Assembly (NCBI GenBank): GCA_010356995.1
Contig: ML996689.1
Span: forward strand, 1,692,691 to 1,756,690
Direction: 5' to 3'
DNA from: Trichodelitschia bisporula
Lineage: Eukaryota
DNA length: 64,000 nt
Shown: positions 11,216 through 22,949 of the stretch, piece by piece
Layout: each line of letters starts with the position of its first letter
How positions within the stretch are numbered: the stretch's first letter is position 1
Made by a program: the position numbers and the translations under genes
Notes under the pieces: generated by a model
The model's database searches: none
What the model was told of the DNA's origin: nothing
What the model saw: only the letters and a program-made list of their open reading frames with translations

Positions 11216-11825
11216 ACGTTAGCTCAAGGGCTTTTGCGAAAACGTCGGGGCACCCCGCTAGCCCCTAACCTTATGTGTACTTCACTGAAAGCATGTCATC
11301 AGCAACACTAAACTAATATTCATTGGGCTGCCTCTTATATCGAGCACGACTTGCAATTTATGATAATCGACTTGACTGGCTTTTTTCTTCCCGTTTGGTC
11401 TTGTACGTAGTATGTTCTCCTCTCATCCTCTCAGGCAGCTTAAAGGATACCAACGTACTCATGCCCTTGTATCACCTCGTCAACGATATACCATCTAAAC
11501 ACAGCCTTCACGATATACCCCGTTAACTTGCTCAATCGACCTAGTGTTCAATATTGGGTTCACCACTTCTTCTTTCGATGTCTGTGGCGGAGCGGGCTGC
11601 AAGAATGCCTTGCGCCCGGGTTGGTGGCCTGGCAGCCGTAGCCTTGTCGTACTTCACTGGGGTTTCATGTGTTTCAGAGGGCGGCCGATGGCGCAGGGTG
11701 GGGGCAGAGCAGTGGGGTGCTTGGCAGAGGTTGGTTCTTTATACCTTGAGTGGGATTCGTTTGCTACTCTGCTCTGCGTGTTGGCGGTTCGCCTTTGTGT
11801 GCTTTGGTCGTTGCTCTTCGCGGGT

Positions 11826-13099
11826 ATGGCGAACTCACCTCCTTCCCCGTTCCCTGTAGTGGTTAATCCAACGGACTTACCTCATTCTATTGAAATATAT
11901 ACTACCCAGTACTCACGAAGACTATTCCCGGAGTCAGAAACTCCTCTCCCTCTTTCGCTGCGTCCCCCGGAACCGAAACTGTGGTGAGACCCATCGAAGA
12001 ATGAATGGAGAATATGGCGAGACACACCAGAAGAACAACCACAACAACCGGAAGAACAGCCACCACCGGGGGAACAGCCACCGCTGGAAGAACAACCACC
12101 ACTGGAAGAGCAACCGCCACCAGAAGAACAACTACTATTGGACTTAGATGGTACCAGTCACGAATATGACTTCCGAGACTCTCCATCCCGTACGGACTCA
12201 ATTTCTCGTACGGACTCACCATTCCTCACGGACTCGCCATCTCCCACAGACTTACCTACTTTCACCCAAGAGCCTGAGAGTGTGCTTCGATATCGCAAGA
12301 CTAGACATACTGGGGGCCAACATCCTGATAGCCCCGAGCTCCCAACACATCTTCCTGATTACCCCCCGACCCTCCATTTGTCTAAATCTGAGAGGCATTA
12401 CTTGGAGGTAAAGATCTGCCGTCCCCACACTGCATCAAAGTTGCTGATTTCTGTAGACGGGCAGATATTCTATCGAAAAGATCCTCAAAATTGGACAGAA
12501 GACCTTAGTTGTAAGACACTTCTTTTCCTCACTAGGCCTTACTAAGCTCATAGAGCGACGCGACGCTCCAAACTCTCACCTATATAACTGCTCTAATAGG
12601 TGCCATCTTGCAAACTATCTCATTTGTCCGTACCAAGCCCACCACAGCCTCCTTGTCTGATGCCGAATTCTTCGCCGCCCTCCAATCTTCCCTCATGCAA
12701 CTCCTCGGCTCTTATGGCACCATTGTGCCCGTCATACGCCATATTAAGCTACGTAGCGCGTATGCATGGTCTGCGGGGGTGCTTACGTTCGGGAGCTTTG
12801 GGCTTATCATTGCGGCTCCGGCTGTATATTTTGGTATGGCTAGCGTAGTCCCTCTAGTGCTTTATCTAGCTGGTGCTTTGCAGGCATTTGTTGTGCTGCA
12901 GTTGGTTCGCGCCATCGCAGTGGGCATGAACGGTCAATCTGGTCTACTAGACGAGGATGAGATGACAGCCGAGAATGAGTGGGAGATAAGCCTGCGGGAC
13001 TATCGGAGAAATATGAGGCTGCTTGAAAAGCAGTATCGATTACGCCTGCTCGAGATGCACACGGAGTTTGCAAAAGCGTTGGGGACAAAGCGGGTGTAA
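11826..13099 (+). pseudogene. Family-B paralogue B1: multi-pass membrane protein with acidic/Pro-rich N-terminus and one in-frame TGA at 11985
   Basis: Exons 11826-12407, 12457-12510 and 12554-13099, both introns phase 0 (GTAAAG..GCTGAT..TAG; GTAAGA..ACTAAG..TAG). Several hydrophobic segments in exon 3. Confidence 0.65.
12027..12255 (+). repeat. Two 18-nt coding repeat tracts (PEEQPP about 6 units; TDSP-type about 4 units)
   Basis: PEEQPQQPEEQPPPGEQPPLEEQPPLEEQPPPEEQ followed by RDSPSRTDSISRTDSPFLTDSPSPTD in the B1 frame. Confidence 0.8.
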
Positions 13100-13317
13100 T
13101 GATGAGTTTGCACATATCAAAAGTGCGGCCGTACGTCGTGAATTTACTTGAGGCGGACACATGGGGATCATCAAATGTGGTGCTGGGCAGGCCACGGCAT
13201 TGTATCCAATCGAATTATCCTAGCCGATGTTCGTCTCTGCCTTGCTCATCGACAATGCAAACGCGATTCAGCAATCATGCCTGACTTACCACTCCCTGCG
13301 GTCTATCAACCGCAGCC

Positions 13318-14088
13318 TTGTCCCATCCCTGGCAGGAGCCGAGGTCTAAGCCTTATGGAGCAGCAGGAGCCTGCTGCCTTGTCAACGTGGACGACCTCTC
13401 GACATCCCCTCTTCTGCGCCCCAAGCCCTTCATCGAACAGTTCGTTAGAAGTTTGTTCTTCTCCGGATCTCCTTTTGTCGAATACCTTAGCTATGAACCA
13501 CAGACGCCGCTGCCATGGCTGTTGCGCGGTCCATCACTCCGAAGCCTGCGACCCAGGTGGTTGATGAGTCTTACAGTTCTCTGGTTTCTGGTACTCGTAC
13601 TGGTTGGGGCACTCGTACATTACGGGATTGAGATCGGGTACGAAACTAAAAGGTTTTTAGTTATTGCACAAAGTCTCAAAACCTCACTGAGTGGGTTCGC
13701 CAGAGATCACGAGCTCAGACCCGCGGAGCTCTACAAGTGCCATGACCTTTTATGTGCGAAATTATTTGATTCATACGAAAATCTTGTAAAATACTCCCGG
13801 CCGATGCATGAGAAGGGCCTCCCCCATGTATACACACACTACCGATGTACTATGGCCGGTTGTCAACTTTCAGACACAAAGTTCGCGAGAATCGATGGGT
13901 TGAAGAAGCATATCGAAGTTTCACATCCTAATGAAGACTTTGACCAGGTACTTTCAAGTGAGTGTCGGCTTGGCCTCTTTTAAGACAAACCATTGACAAA
14001 TGTCATAGGAGACGTGAGGGAATTACCGTCCCGTGGCGCTTTACGAGTAGAGAATCAACCAAACGGCTATAGATGCCTATGCCCGTAA
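13318..14088 (+). CDS. ORF with one hydrophobic segment and a C2H2 zinc finger; start uncertain, possibly decayed
   Basis: LTVLWFLVLVLVGALVHYGI; YRCTMAGCQLSDTKFARIDGLKKHIEVSH (C-x4-C...H-x4-H). Probable intron 13958-14008 (GTGAGT..TTGAC..TAG) leads to GYRCLCP then a stop. Confidence 0.5.
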
Positions 14089-14150
14089 TCAACCCAAGTG
14101 CACATACACTAGGAACAGATCACCGTCACACAGGAAAGCATTCCTTGCTA

Positions 14151-14634
14151 ATGGTAAGAGATCTCCTGCCTTAGCCACGCCCTCTAAATTTCACACTGTG
14201 CAGGGCAACGCTAAGGTCCTCGGCCTCACAGTTCTCACCACGCTACTATGCGCCTTCCTTCAGGCATATGCAGTATTCCACACCTCGCCCCAAGAACCAA
14301 GCTGTTCAACATTTTCCCCCGCAAAACGACATCCGACTCGGATTTCTTCTCCACGCTCGTAAGTTGCTTAATGCAGCTTCTCGGCCTCTACACTTCAGCA
14401 GTCCCTCTCTTCCGACACACGGCACTCCGCAATGCCTACGCCTACTGGGCATGGCTCCTTAAATTTGGGAGTTTTGCCCTGAACGTAGTGGCCCCTGGGG
14501 CGTATCTCGCCACACCACTTGTGCCACTGATTGCCTTCACTGGAAATGCCTTACAGGCTTTTGCGGTGCTTCAGTTGCTGTGGGTCATTGACGTGGGGAT
14601 GAAATCACCCACCAAACACGAGAAAGAAGCTTGA
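14151..14634 (+). pseudogene. Family-B paralogue B2, frameshifted and C-terminally shortened
   Basis: SDSDFFSTLVSCLMQLLGLYTSAVPLFRHTALRNAYA aligns with B1 SDAEFFAALQSSLMQLLGSYGTIVPVIRHIKLRSAYA. Homologous intron at 14154-14203; first TM segment (GNAKVLGLTVLTTLLCAFLQ) lies in another frame. Confidence 0.7.
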
Positions 14635-15355
14635 GCCAGAGTTCACGGGCAAGTTTCTAAAAGAGATGGGTCAAATCGGGAGTAATAATGTTTGGACATA
14701 TCAAATGAGTGGTCTTATGTCGGGAGTTTGTCCGAAGCGGATTCGTGGGAATCAACTGCGGTATTGGGTAGGCCACAGCATCTCACCTGTCATTTCGGAC
14801 TACTACATACAGGTCTGATATCGAGACGAACCGCATCGAGCACGGCCGCCTCGTGGAGTGAATACACACCCTCCAGTATGGCACTGCTTCCTTGTCGCCT
14901 TCGGGTGGTTTTGGGCCGAATGGATTTTGTCCAAGCTTTTTACCATTTGGAGACGCTAGGCTGTTGTGCTACTACATGTTATGGTATGCGTGCGAGGCCA
15001 GCACGGCAGTGATGTGGCTAATGCGCCGCTTGTTGGCCGCTACTAAGGGAGCACATCCCTGCGCTCAAGGGGAGTAGTTGCGCGGAGGGCTATTTGCCGA
15101 GGTATGCGCCTGAGACGCGCGGCTCGCCTGTCGCGTGCGATATCGGAGTGCTGGAGACGCTGGCCGAGGTTGAGGAGAGAGAAAGATGTGCGAGGTGCGG
15201 GCCCGTCCGCTGACGCCTGGATCAGTGCTTGTCCGCCAGGTACCGGTGGTAAGGTAGGGCGGCATCAAACCGCTGCAGAGGCCGGCGGGGGGGTATGGAG
15301 AGTTCGGCGCATCCGACGGAAGCCTTCTACATAGCTACCGCTGTTTCCTCGTGCT

Positions 15356-16378
15356 TTAAGGCTTCGGCGTGCCCACCGCCACGGTCGTCGTATTCAACGT
15401 GCTCGCCTCCCCATCCGCACCTCCCCCCTCGCGCCTCGCCGCCTGCGCGCGTCTCTTCTGCTCGCGTTTCGATACCTGTGCCGGTGCGCCAACTGGCTCC
15501 TCAGCCTTGCGCTTGCCCTTAGGAGGCGGCGGCGCTTTAGGCTCGTCCTTGGCCGGCTTCTCACCGCCGTAGACCACGTCGACGACGCCGCGGTAGCTGG
15601 TGCGCTTGAAGGCCGCCGCGACTACGACGGCGCGCGCCTCGGACCCGACGGCCTCGGCGCCGCGCTCGCGGGTCAGACCCCACACTACGGCGAGGTTGAT
15701 CACGTCGGCGGGGCCGCGGGCTGCGAGGGCAGTGGCTGCTTCGGACGAGAAGACGAGGCCGCGGCCGCGGGTGACGCGGATGATGGCGCTGGCGTTCATG
15801 ATCAGGTTTCTGCGCGCCGCGGGGTCGGGGGCGGTAAGGGCGGGGCCGTAGGTGAGTTCGATGCGGACACCGCGGTCGAGGGCTGAGATGAAGGTTTTGT
15901 GCTTGAAGTGGAAGGGGTAGCGGCGGGTTAGGTCGAGAGATATGAGGTCGCAGTCTTGGGATTGGCAGGCTTGGGCGAGGGTTTTTTCGTCTGTAGGGCG
16001 GAGGGCGAGGAGGTCGTAGTTTGAAGTTGGGTCGGAGAGGGCTTTGAGGCGGTGATTTTGGGAGGGGTCGGTTAGGGTGAGGGTTAGGCGGCGGAGGATG
16101 CGGAGGGTGGCGGGGGGGGAGATGGGGAGGGGAGAGGGGATCGGACAGGTCTGCGGTGTTAGATGGTGGGTTGTGGGGTGCGGCGAGGGCGTACTATGTC
16201 TGCTGGTAGCTTGCCTGAGAGGCTGTGGTTCAAGGCCACGACGCTGTAGCCGACTAGGAGAGATATCAGTCGTTGAATTGCTCAGGAGTTGAAGAATCAT
16301 ACGCTCGGCGAGGAAGGACAGCTTCCGCTGCACTTCGGCAGCATCGGCCGTCCATGGCACATTGAGATCGTAGTACAT
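15356..16378 (-). CDS. RPP1: RNase P/MRP subunit p30
   Basis: MYYDLNVPW start, YDLLALRP, DLISLDL, RGVRIELTYGP, RRNLIMNA, RGPADVINL; two short introns near 16150-16300. Confidence 0.93.
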   Translation of the reverse strand: MYYDLNVPWTADAAEVQRKLSFLAERMILQLLSNSTTDISPSRLQRRGLEPQPLRQATSRHSTPSPHPTTHHLTPQTCPIPSPLPISPPATLRILRRLTLTLTDPSQNHRLKALSDPTSNYDLLALRPTDEKTLAQACQSQDCDLISLDLTRRYPFHFKHKTFISALDRGVRIELTYGPALTAPDPAARRNLIMNASAIIRVTRGRGLVFSSEAATALAARGPADVINLAVVWGLTRERGAEAVGSEARAVVVAAAFKRTSYRGVVDVVYGGEKPAKDEPKAPPPPKGKRKAEEPVGAPAQVSKREQKRRAQAARREGGGADGEASTLNTTTVAVGTPKP

Positions 16379-17101
16379 GGTATTTCTGATGATTTATCCG
16401 GCGCACGAACGCGTGGGGGGAAGTCGGCGTCGGGGAGTTGTCGCAAGTTGAGAGAGCAGTTGTCCGGGCGTGGTAGGCCTCGCAGAAGGGACGGTTCAGG
16501 TAAGATCAGGGAAGGCGCCGCGTCATTCAGCCAGCAGTATTGGAAGGGCAGGAAGAGGGGGTGCCGGAGGGTGAGATAAGAGGAGAAGCAGAGAAGTTTG
16601 AGGCAGAAGTCGAAGTCCTCCTGTCATGAGTGTTTACTGCGAATGGCTTCACTTTTGGCCCACCACCACCGCCGCCAAGGCCGAATTGTTTGCGTCCCCT
16701 CTCTATTCTCACTGTTGCCAACCCCAGGCAAATAGCGGGGTTTTGCTGATTAGGCAAAGTTCCCCTCCACCACCGCCAACTCCAAGAACAACACCACCTC
16801 CGCAAGGCCATCCCACAACACAGCAACATCACCCCGCCTCCCATCATCACCACCCCCTCCTCTACCCCCGCATCGCCGTTCTTACTACCCACCACCGTCG
16901 CCGCCACCCTCTCCCCATTCTCCCCACCCGGAGGCTGCGACAAAACCACGGCCTCAGTCGATCCTCCACACATTCTCCCATCGTCTACGGAGTCTCGACG
17001 TAGTGCTCGTTGCACTACTCGTCTGCTCCCTTCTGGCGCCCAACGCGCCGCCTCTGCCAGACCTTTCCACCCCCATCGTCGAACCCATCCCGGTGCGCAC
17101 C

Positions 17102-18433
17102 ATGGCTCGCGTCTACGCCGATGTCAACGCGAACCAGCCGCGGTCCTACTGGGACTACGATAGCGTGAACATCACGTGGGGCATACTGGAGAACTACGAG
17201 GTTGTTCGCAAGATTGGTGAGTTTGTTCCGTGTTATGTTTCGTATTCCCCTGCGTCTGCTTACCCGCCACCTCAGGCCGCGGCAAGTACTCCGAGGTCTT
17301 CGAAGGTATCAATATCACCAATTACACCAAGTGCGTCATCAAGGTCCTCAAGCCCGTCAAGAAGAAGAAGATCAAGCGCGAGATCAAGATCTTGCAGAAT
17401 CTTTCCGGCGGTCCCAACATCGTGGCCCTGCTGGACGTTGTGCGCGACAACCAGGTTAGCTCCTCGGCGGCCGAGGCTCCAGTCGATGGAGCGCGGTCTC
17501 CTTCGTGGTCGAGCGCCACTGACTCTACCCTCTCTCAGAGCAAGACTCCATCTCTCATCTTTGAATACGTGAACAACACGGATTTCCGTAGCCTCTACCC
17601 CAAGTTTAGCGACTACGATGTGCGCTACTACATCTTCGAGTTGCTCAAGGTATGCTTCTTTGATTACCGTGTGTTGTGGGGAGCAGGGCTGACTAAATAG
17701 GCTCTTGATTATTGCCATAGCAAGGGAATCATGCACCGCGATGTCAAGCCGCATAACGTCATGATCGACCACTCGAAGCGCGAGGTTTGCAAAATGCGCT
17801 CTTTTCCCGTTCTGTGGCCCAAATGCTGACAATCCCTAGCTCCGCCTCATCGACTGGGGTCTCGCCGAGTTCTACCACCAGGGCACGGAGTACAACGTGC
17901 GCGTCGCGTCGCGCTACTTCAAAGGTCCAGAGCTGTTGGTCGACTTCCAGGAGTACGACTACTCGCTCGACATGTGGTCGCTGGGAGCAATGTTCGCATC
18001 CATGATCTTCCGCAAGGAGCCCTTCTTCCACGGCCAGAGCAACAGCGACCAGCTGGTCAAGATCGCCAAGGTACTCGGCACAGACGATCTGTTCGACTAC
18101 CTCGACAAGTACGACATCGAGCTAGATCAGCAGTACGATGATATCCTCGGCCGCTTCCCCAAGAAGAGCTGGAATCACTTCATCACTGCCGACAACCAGC
18201 GCTATGTCAGCAACGATGCTATCGACTTTCTTGACAAGCTGCTGCGCTACGATCACATGGTACGTTTGGGCGTATATCTTGTTTTCGTACCTTCTGCTAA
18301 TAACTAAAAGGAGCGTCTCACGGCCCAAGAAGCCATGGCCCACCCGTACTTCGCTCCCGTCCGCCAAGCCCAGCTGCAGACCCAGACCCCTGCGACTACG
18401 CCCCACGCGTCCTCATCGGAGGCGGCTCAGTAG
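17102..18433 (+). CDS. CKA1: Casein kinase II catalytic alpha subunit, 6 exons
   Basis: [58 protein letters not shown]; five GT-AG introns; TAG at 18431-18433. Confidence 0.98.
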
Positions 18434-18926
18434 CCTGACTAGCAAAGCGAGCAAACGAAACTTCAACGACCGGGACCGAAAATCTCCTATTCATTCCATG
18501 TGAAACGCGGAAAGGCATCCGACACGCGCTTATTTCTCCTTTGTCAATATGCTCCGGGGCCCCAGTGAGCCGATGAGGTTTATGCTTCTTGGCTTTCGGT
18601 GGCTCCGCGCGTCTGAGATGTTAATGTTGGCGTCGTAGGGTGTCGTCGGCGGGCTTTTAGGCTAATGTGGCTGTGGGCTGGGAGGGCGTAGGTCGTAGAT
18701 GTATCCATGGTTCCATATGCCCTTTGCACGCGAGATGGAGCGCAGAAGTGAGATAATCGTGATGACATGCGTAACCCGTGCTATCCATTCATTACCCCGA
18801 GCCTAAATTTATCCCTGAGCCTACACCATGTGCCACAGGCCTTCCGCTGCGTGAGTACGGCATCACCCGACGCCTATCCCACTACGCCATAGGATGTCCG
18901 AGTCATATACAGCCCACTATCCAATC

Positions 18927-21900
18927 TTACAATTCGTCATCACTCTCCTCCTCCCCACTACTACTCTCAACCACCGCCCTCCCCCTCCCCCTCGCCCCCC
19001 TCTGCACCACCGGACTCGTCCCAACCTGCGTAAACAAGGTCCCCAACGCCTCCTCCCTCCCACCACCCCTCCTCGCAACCCCCCTCCTCCTCGGCGCCAG
19101 TCTCACCGGCGCACTACTCGACTCAATCTCAATCGGTGCGTCATCATCCACCACAAAACCAACCATATCCGAATCAACCTCAGCCTCGTCAGTGGCATCG
19201 AACGCCCTACTCCCCCTAGGTGTATCCGTCGACCCAAGCAGTATGCTCTGCTGCACCGGCCCGCCGTACCCGGGTTCTGACCCGGGCGGGCTGGAGGGGG
19301 GCGCTTCTTCGGCTTCGAGTTCCGGGTCGAAGTCGCTGGGGCTAAGCATGGAGGAGAGAGTGCGGGGTGCGGGCCGGGATGGGTGGGCGGCGGGTCGGCT
19401 GGGCCGGGCGGGACGGGACGCGGGTTGGCGACGCAGAGGGGGGTTAGGCTGACGACGTGGCGGGGAACGGGGAACGTGGCGCCGGTGCGGAGTGAACGTG
19501 GTTTGACGCCGATTGGGGGCGGCGCGGGGCGGTGTCGCGGGGCCGACTAGGTCGGCTACGCTGGGGAGGGCTTCGAAGGCGGACTGCGAGGAAGTTAGGT
19601 CGAGTTCGATGGGGGCGGCGGGGCGTGGACGGGTTGTGGATGGTGGTTGTGGGCGGGGCGGCGGGGGCGGGCGGACGAGCTGGGAGAGGGACTCGAGGTC
19701 GTCGCTGTCGACGACTACTGACGCTGAACGCGGTAGCGGCCGGGCCATAGCCGTAGCCGTCGGTTGCGGGCGCGGCGGCGCGGGCGCCCCGACGAGCTGG
19801 GAGAGGGACTCGAGGTCATCGCTGTCGACGGCTACCGAAGCAGAGCGAAGTAGCGGCCGGCCCGCAACTCCTAGGCCTGGACCTGGAGATAACCGGTCTT
19901 CCGCATCCGATGCCGGTCGCAACGGCAGCCGATCTTCAACGACTATATCCCCCGCATCCGGCTCCCAGTCCTCATCATGAACCACAAACCATTTCTGCGT
20001 AGTAAAACGATCCACCTCCGCCACGCGCTTAAGCGTGTCCACCAGCGCCTTTGTCACCTGCCCATGAGGCACGTACCGCGTAGGCGCGAGGCTACGCTGA
20101 TGCAGGGGATGCGTGTCCAGGCGCGGATACGAAACGACGTCGTCGTCACCACCGAAGGCCGCGTACTGGAAGCGAGTCTCGAGCTGCGCCGTATCTTCCT
20201 CATTCAGTACCACCTCTTCCAGGGTCGGGAACTCGACCGGCTCGTTGGACAGGTCGGGCTCAGGCTCCTTGCGCTTGCGCTTCGGCGCCTTCAGGGGGAG
20301 ATCCACATCGTCGCCGTCTATGGCTGACGCGGTGGTGAAGCCCGTGCGCACGCCGTCCGGCATGTGGAACTTCTTCGGCGGGCGCTTGGGGGCCTTCGTA
20401 CCACGAGCTCGCTTCGTCGGGACGGGGAGGAAGTTTGAGGGCGTGCGCTGCGTGTTTTCAATCGGGATTTCGACAGGTCGCATGTCAACGCGCGGGTTGA
20501 CGTCGCGCGGGATGATGCGCCTTGCTAGGTCCTCGTGGTAATGGAAGCGGTCGCCCGCGGCGATCATGTCCTGCACCTTCTCGTAGCTGTCCATTGCTTT
20601 GGCGGCATCGTCTTCCTCCTTGCCTTTCATCTGCAGGAAGATGATTTTGCCGGCGCGTTTGCGACCCGTACGGCCCATGCGCTGCAGCATACGGATGGGG
20701 GAGGATTTGGAGTCGTAGCAGATGATGAGGTCGACTTCGCCGATGTCGAGACCTTCTTCACCGATGGAGGTTGCGATGAGCACGTTGAATTTGCCGCTCT
20801 TGAAGTCTTCGATGATTTGGAGTTGCTTCTTTTGCGACATGCCCTCGGAGTTCTTGGACGAGGCCTGACCGACGAAGACGTGCGGCCGGATCATGGGGGC
20901 ATGCCGCCCGAGGACTTTAGCAATCTCCTCGGCGGAGTCGCGGAAGTGGGCAAAGAGCATGATGCGCGTTGACGACTGTTCGCGATCAGTTCCCTCGCCC
21001 GCATCCATGAAGTGGTTCAGAATCTCCTCTTTAGCCGCCACGAGCTTCGGGTGGCCGACGAACTCAGGGTCGCTCGTCCACGCCTGCAGACGCACCATCA
21101 TCCGCTCAAAGTCGGGGTGCTCATCGATCTTTTTCCGCCATTTGCTCTTGTTGCTTGTGTGCGTCTCTTCCCGGAAGTTCTTCAAGGCTTGGTAGAAGGG
21201 CCCGATGCCGTGGTATTTGAGGAGCTCCATGCTGTGTGCGATGCTCGCCAGCAACGTCATGATAGCGTTGACCATGCCTTTTACTGGCATGGCAGCATGC
21301 CGTCCCGCGTCCGAGTTATTCCACTGCTGCCTGGCCATTGTCAATCCGTATGGTGTCAGTTGAAGCGGGTCTTTGACCCAGTACGCGTTCTGTCCGTTGA
21401 TGACCTCTAGTACGGGCTTCACGGCCTTGGAGTATAGGTCCATTACCTCGAGCATCTCATCAGAGTTTTCAAACGAGAGCTTGTCAATCCTCCTCTTGTG
21501 CACGTATTCTCGAATGTCGAGCGACTGCTCCGTTCGGATCTCGATGTGGGAAATGTCGAGCCCATCAATAACATGCTGCACGGTTTCGACATTACCACCG
21601 GGCGTAGCAGTTAGAGCCAGAACTCGGAAGCTCTCGTTAAAGCGCCGAATGAACTTGATCACCTTCACATAGGCATATCCTCCGGTACCTCTGTGAGCCT
21701 CATCAACGACGACAAGGACGATCTTCTTGGGGTCGGCGGTGCCAGTCGTGAGATCGTTGAGAAACGTCTGCGGAGTCATAAAGAACACACGTTTCGACTG
21801 CCACTCCTCGGCACGCAAGCTGGAATGCACATCGCCGGTAAGCATTGTCGTATCAGATCGCGGGATGCCGGCGATGTTGAAGCAGGCTTGAACCTGCTGC

Positions 21901-22949
21901 TCTACCAGTGGTTTCGTGGGCGCAACGAAAACAATTTGAGCATCCTTGGTCCATCGCCACCAGTTCAGCATGATCGTAGCCGCAATGAAGGTCTTTCCCA
22001 GGCCGGTAGGGAGTGCAACCAGTAGATTATTGAACAGGCCTTTCTGGACGATGTTGAACTGGTAGTCTCGCGTCTTGCCCAAGTTGGTGGGGTATACCCA
22101 GGTTAATAGCTCATCAGTATTGAGCTTGTGATGTGTGGGAGGTTCTTCCTTCGGAGGAGCAGGAAAATTGAGTCTCTTGTTCGCTTGTGATGCCGGCATC
22201 TGCACATTGCCGCCGAATAGCGTAGTCTGACGGAGACCGTGCAAGGGGGCTCGGATGCGAGGACGGGGGGCCGGATCCGGTTGCTGGGGCTGGGAAGAAG
22301 ATATATACACGGGTTCTTGCCGCTGCTGGGGCGGAGATATCCCTGGGTCGGAAAAAGCATCAGATGGCAAGTTCGCGAGCTCTTCAGCGGCTTCGAGGTC
22401 CGTCATCGGCACCCTAAACTATCCAGTCAGATAAATGGTCGATTCCTGAGCCGATGCATCATATCCGAGGCCTCCCACTCACGATTTCGGTCTACTCTGC
22501 GTCGTCATGGCGGTCGCAGCAGACTCAACGCGGCTCGCAACTTCGACCATTGCTTCGTCATCCGAGTCCGTCTCCTGTATGTAGTCCTCAGATGGCCCAA
22601 TGGGTGTCACAACGGCTTGTTGGCTGTTCGAAGCGTCCTCTTTCCTCCATAACGGGCCCTTGAACGGTCCTGACTGAATAGTCCCCGGTCCCCGCACCGC
22701 ATTGCCGTTCGGAATCGTGGGTCTCACAGGCTCAAAGGGGTTTCTAGCCGCTGGCCGTAAAGCCGAAGGCTTCGGAGGAAGTATAGGCGGGGCCAATCCA
22801 TTGGGCTTGAAGGGCTGACCGAACAGTTTCGCCTTCTTCGCAGGTCGCGGAGACGCGGCGAAAGCGTTGCGTTGCGCCTCTTCGACCTGTGTCGCCGCGA
22901 TAATGAGAGCCTCGTCATCGGACTCGCCGTAGTCTTCGCTATCAGACAT
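18927..22949 (-). CDS. MPH1: Mph1/FANCM-family DEAH DNA helicase
   Basis: ALPTGLGKTFIA, VVDEAH, LALTATPG, ATSIGEEGLDIGEVD, QRMGRTGRKR; exon 1 (22949 to about 22483) joined by a GTGAGT..CTGAC..TAG intron ending about 22415. Confidence 0.96.
19645..19862 (-). repeat. 117-nt (39 aa) direct duplication in the Mph1 C-terminal tail
   Basis: RPLLRSASVAVDSDDLESLSQLVGAPAPPRPQP versus RPLPRSASVVVDSDDLESLSQLVRPPPPPRPQP. Confidence 0.9.
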
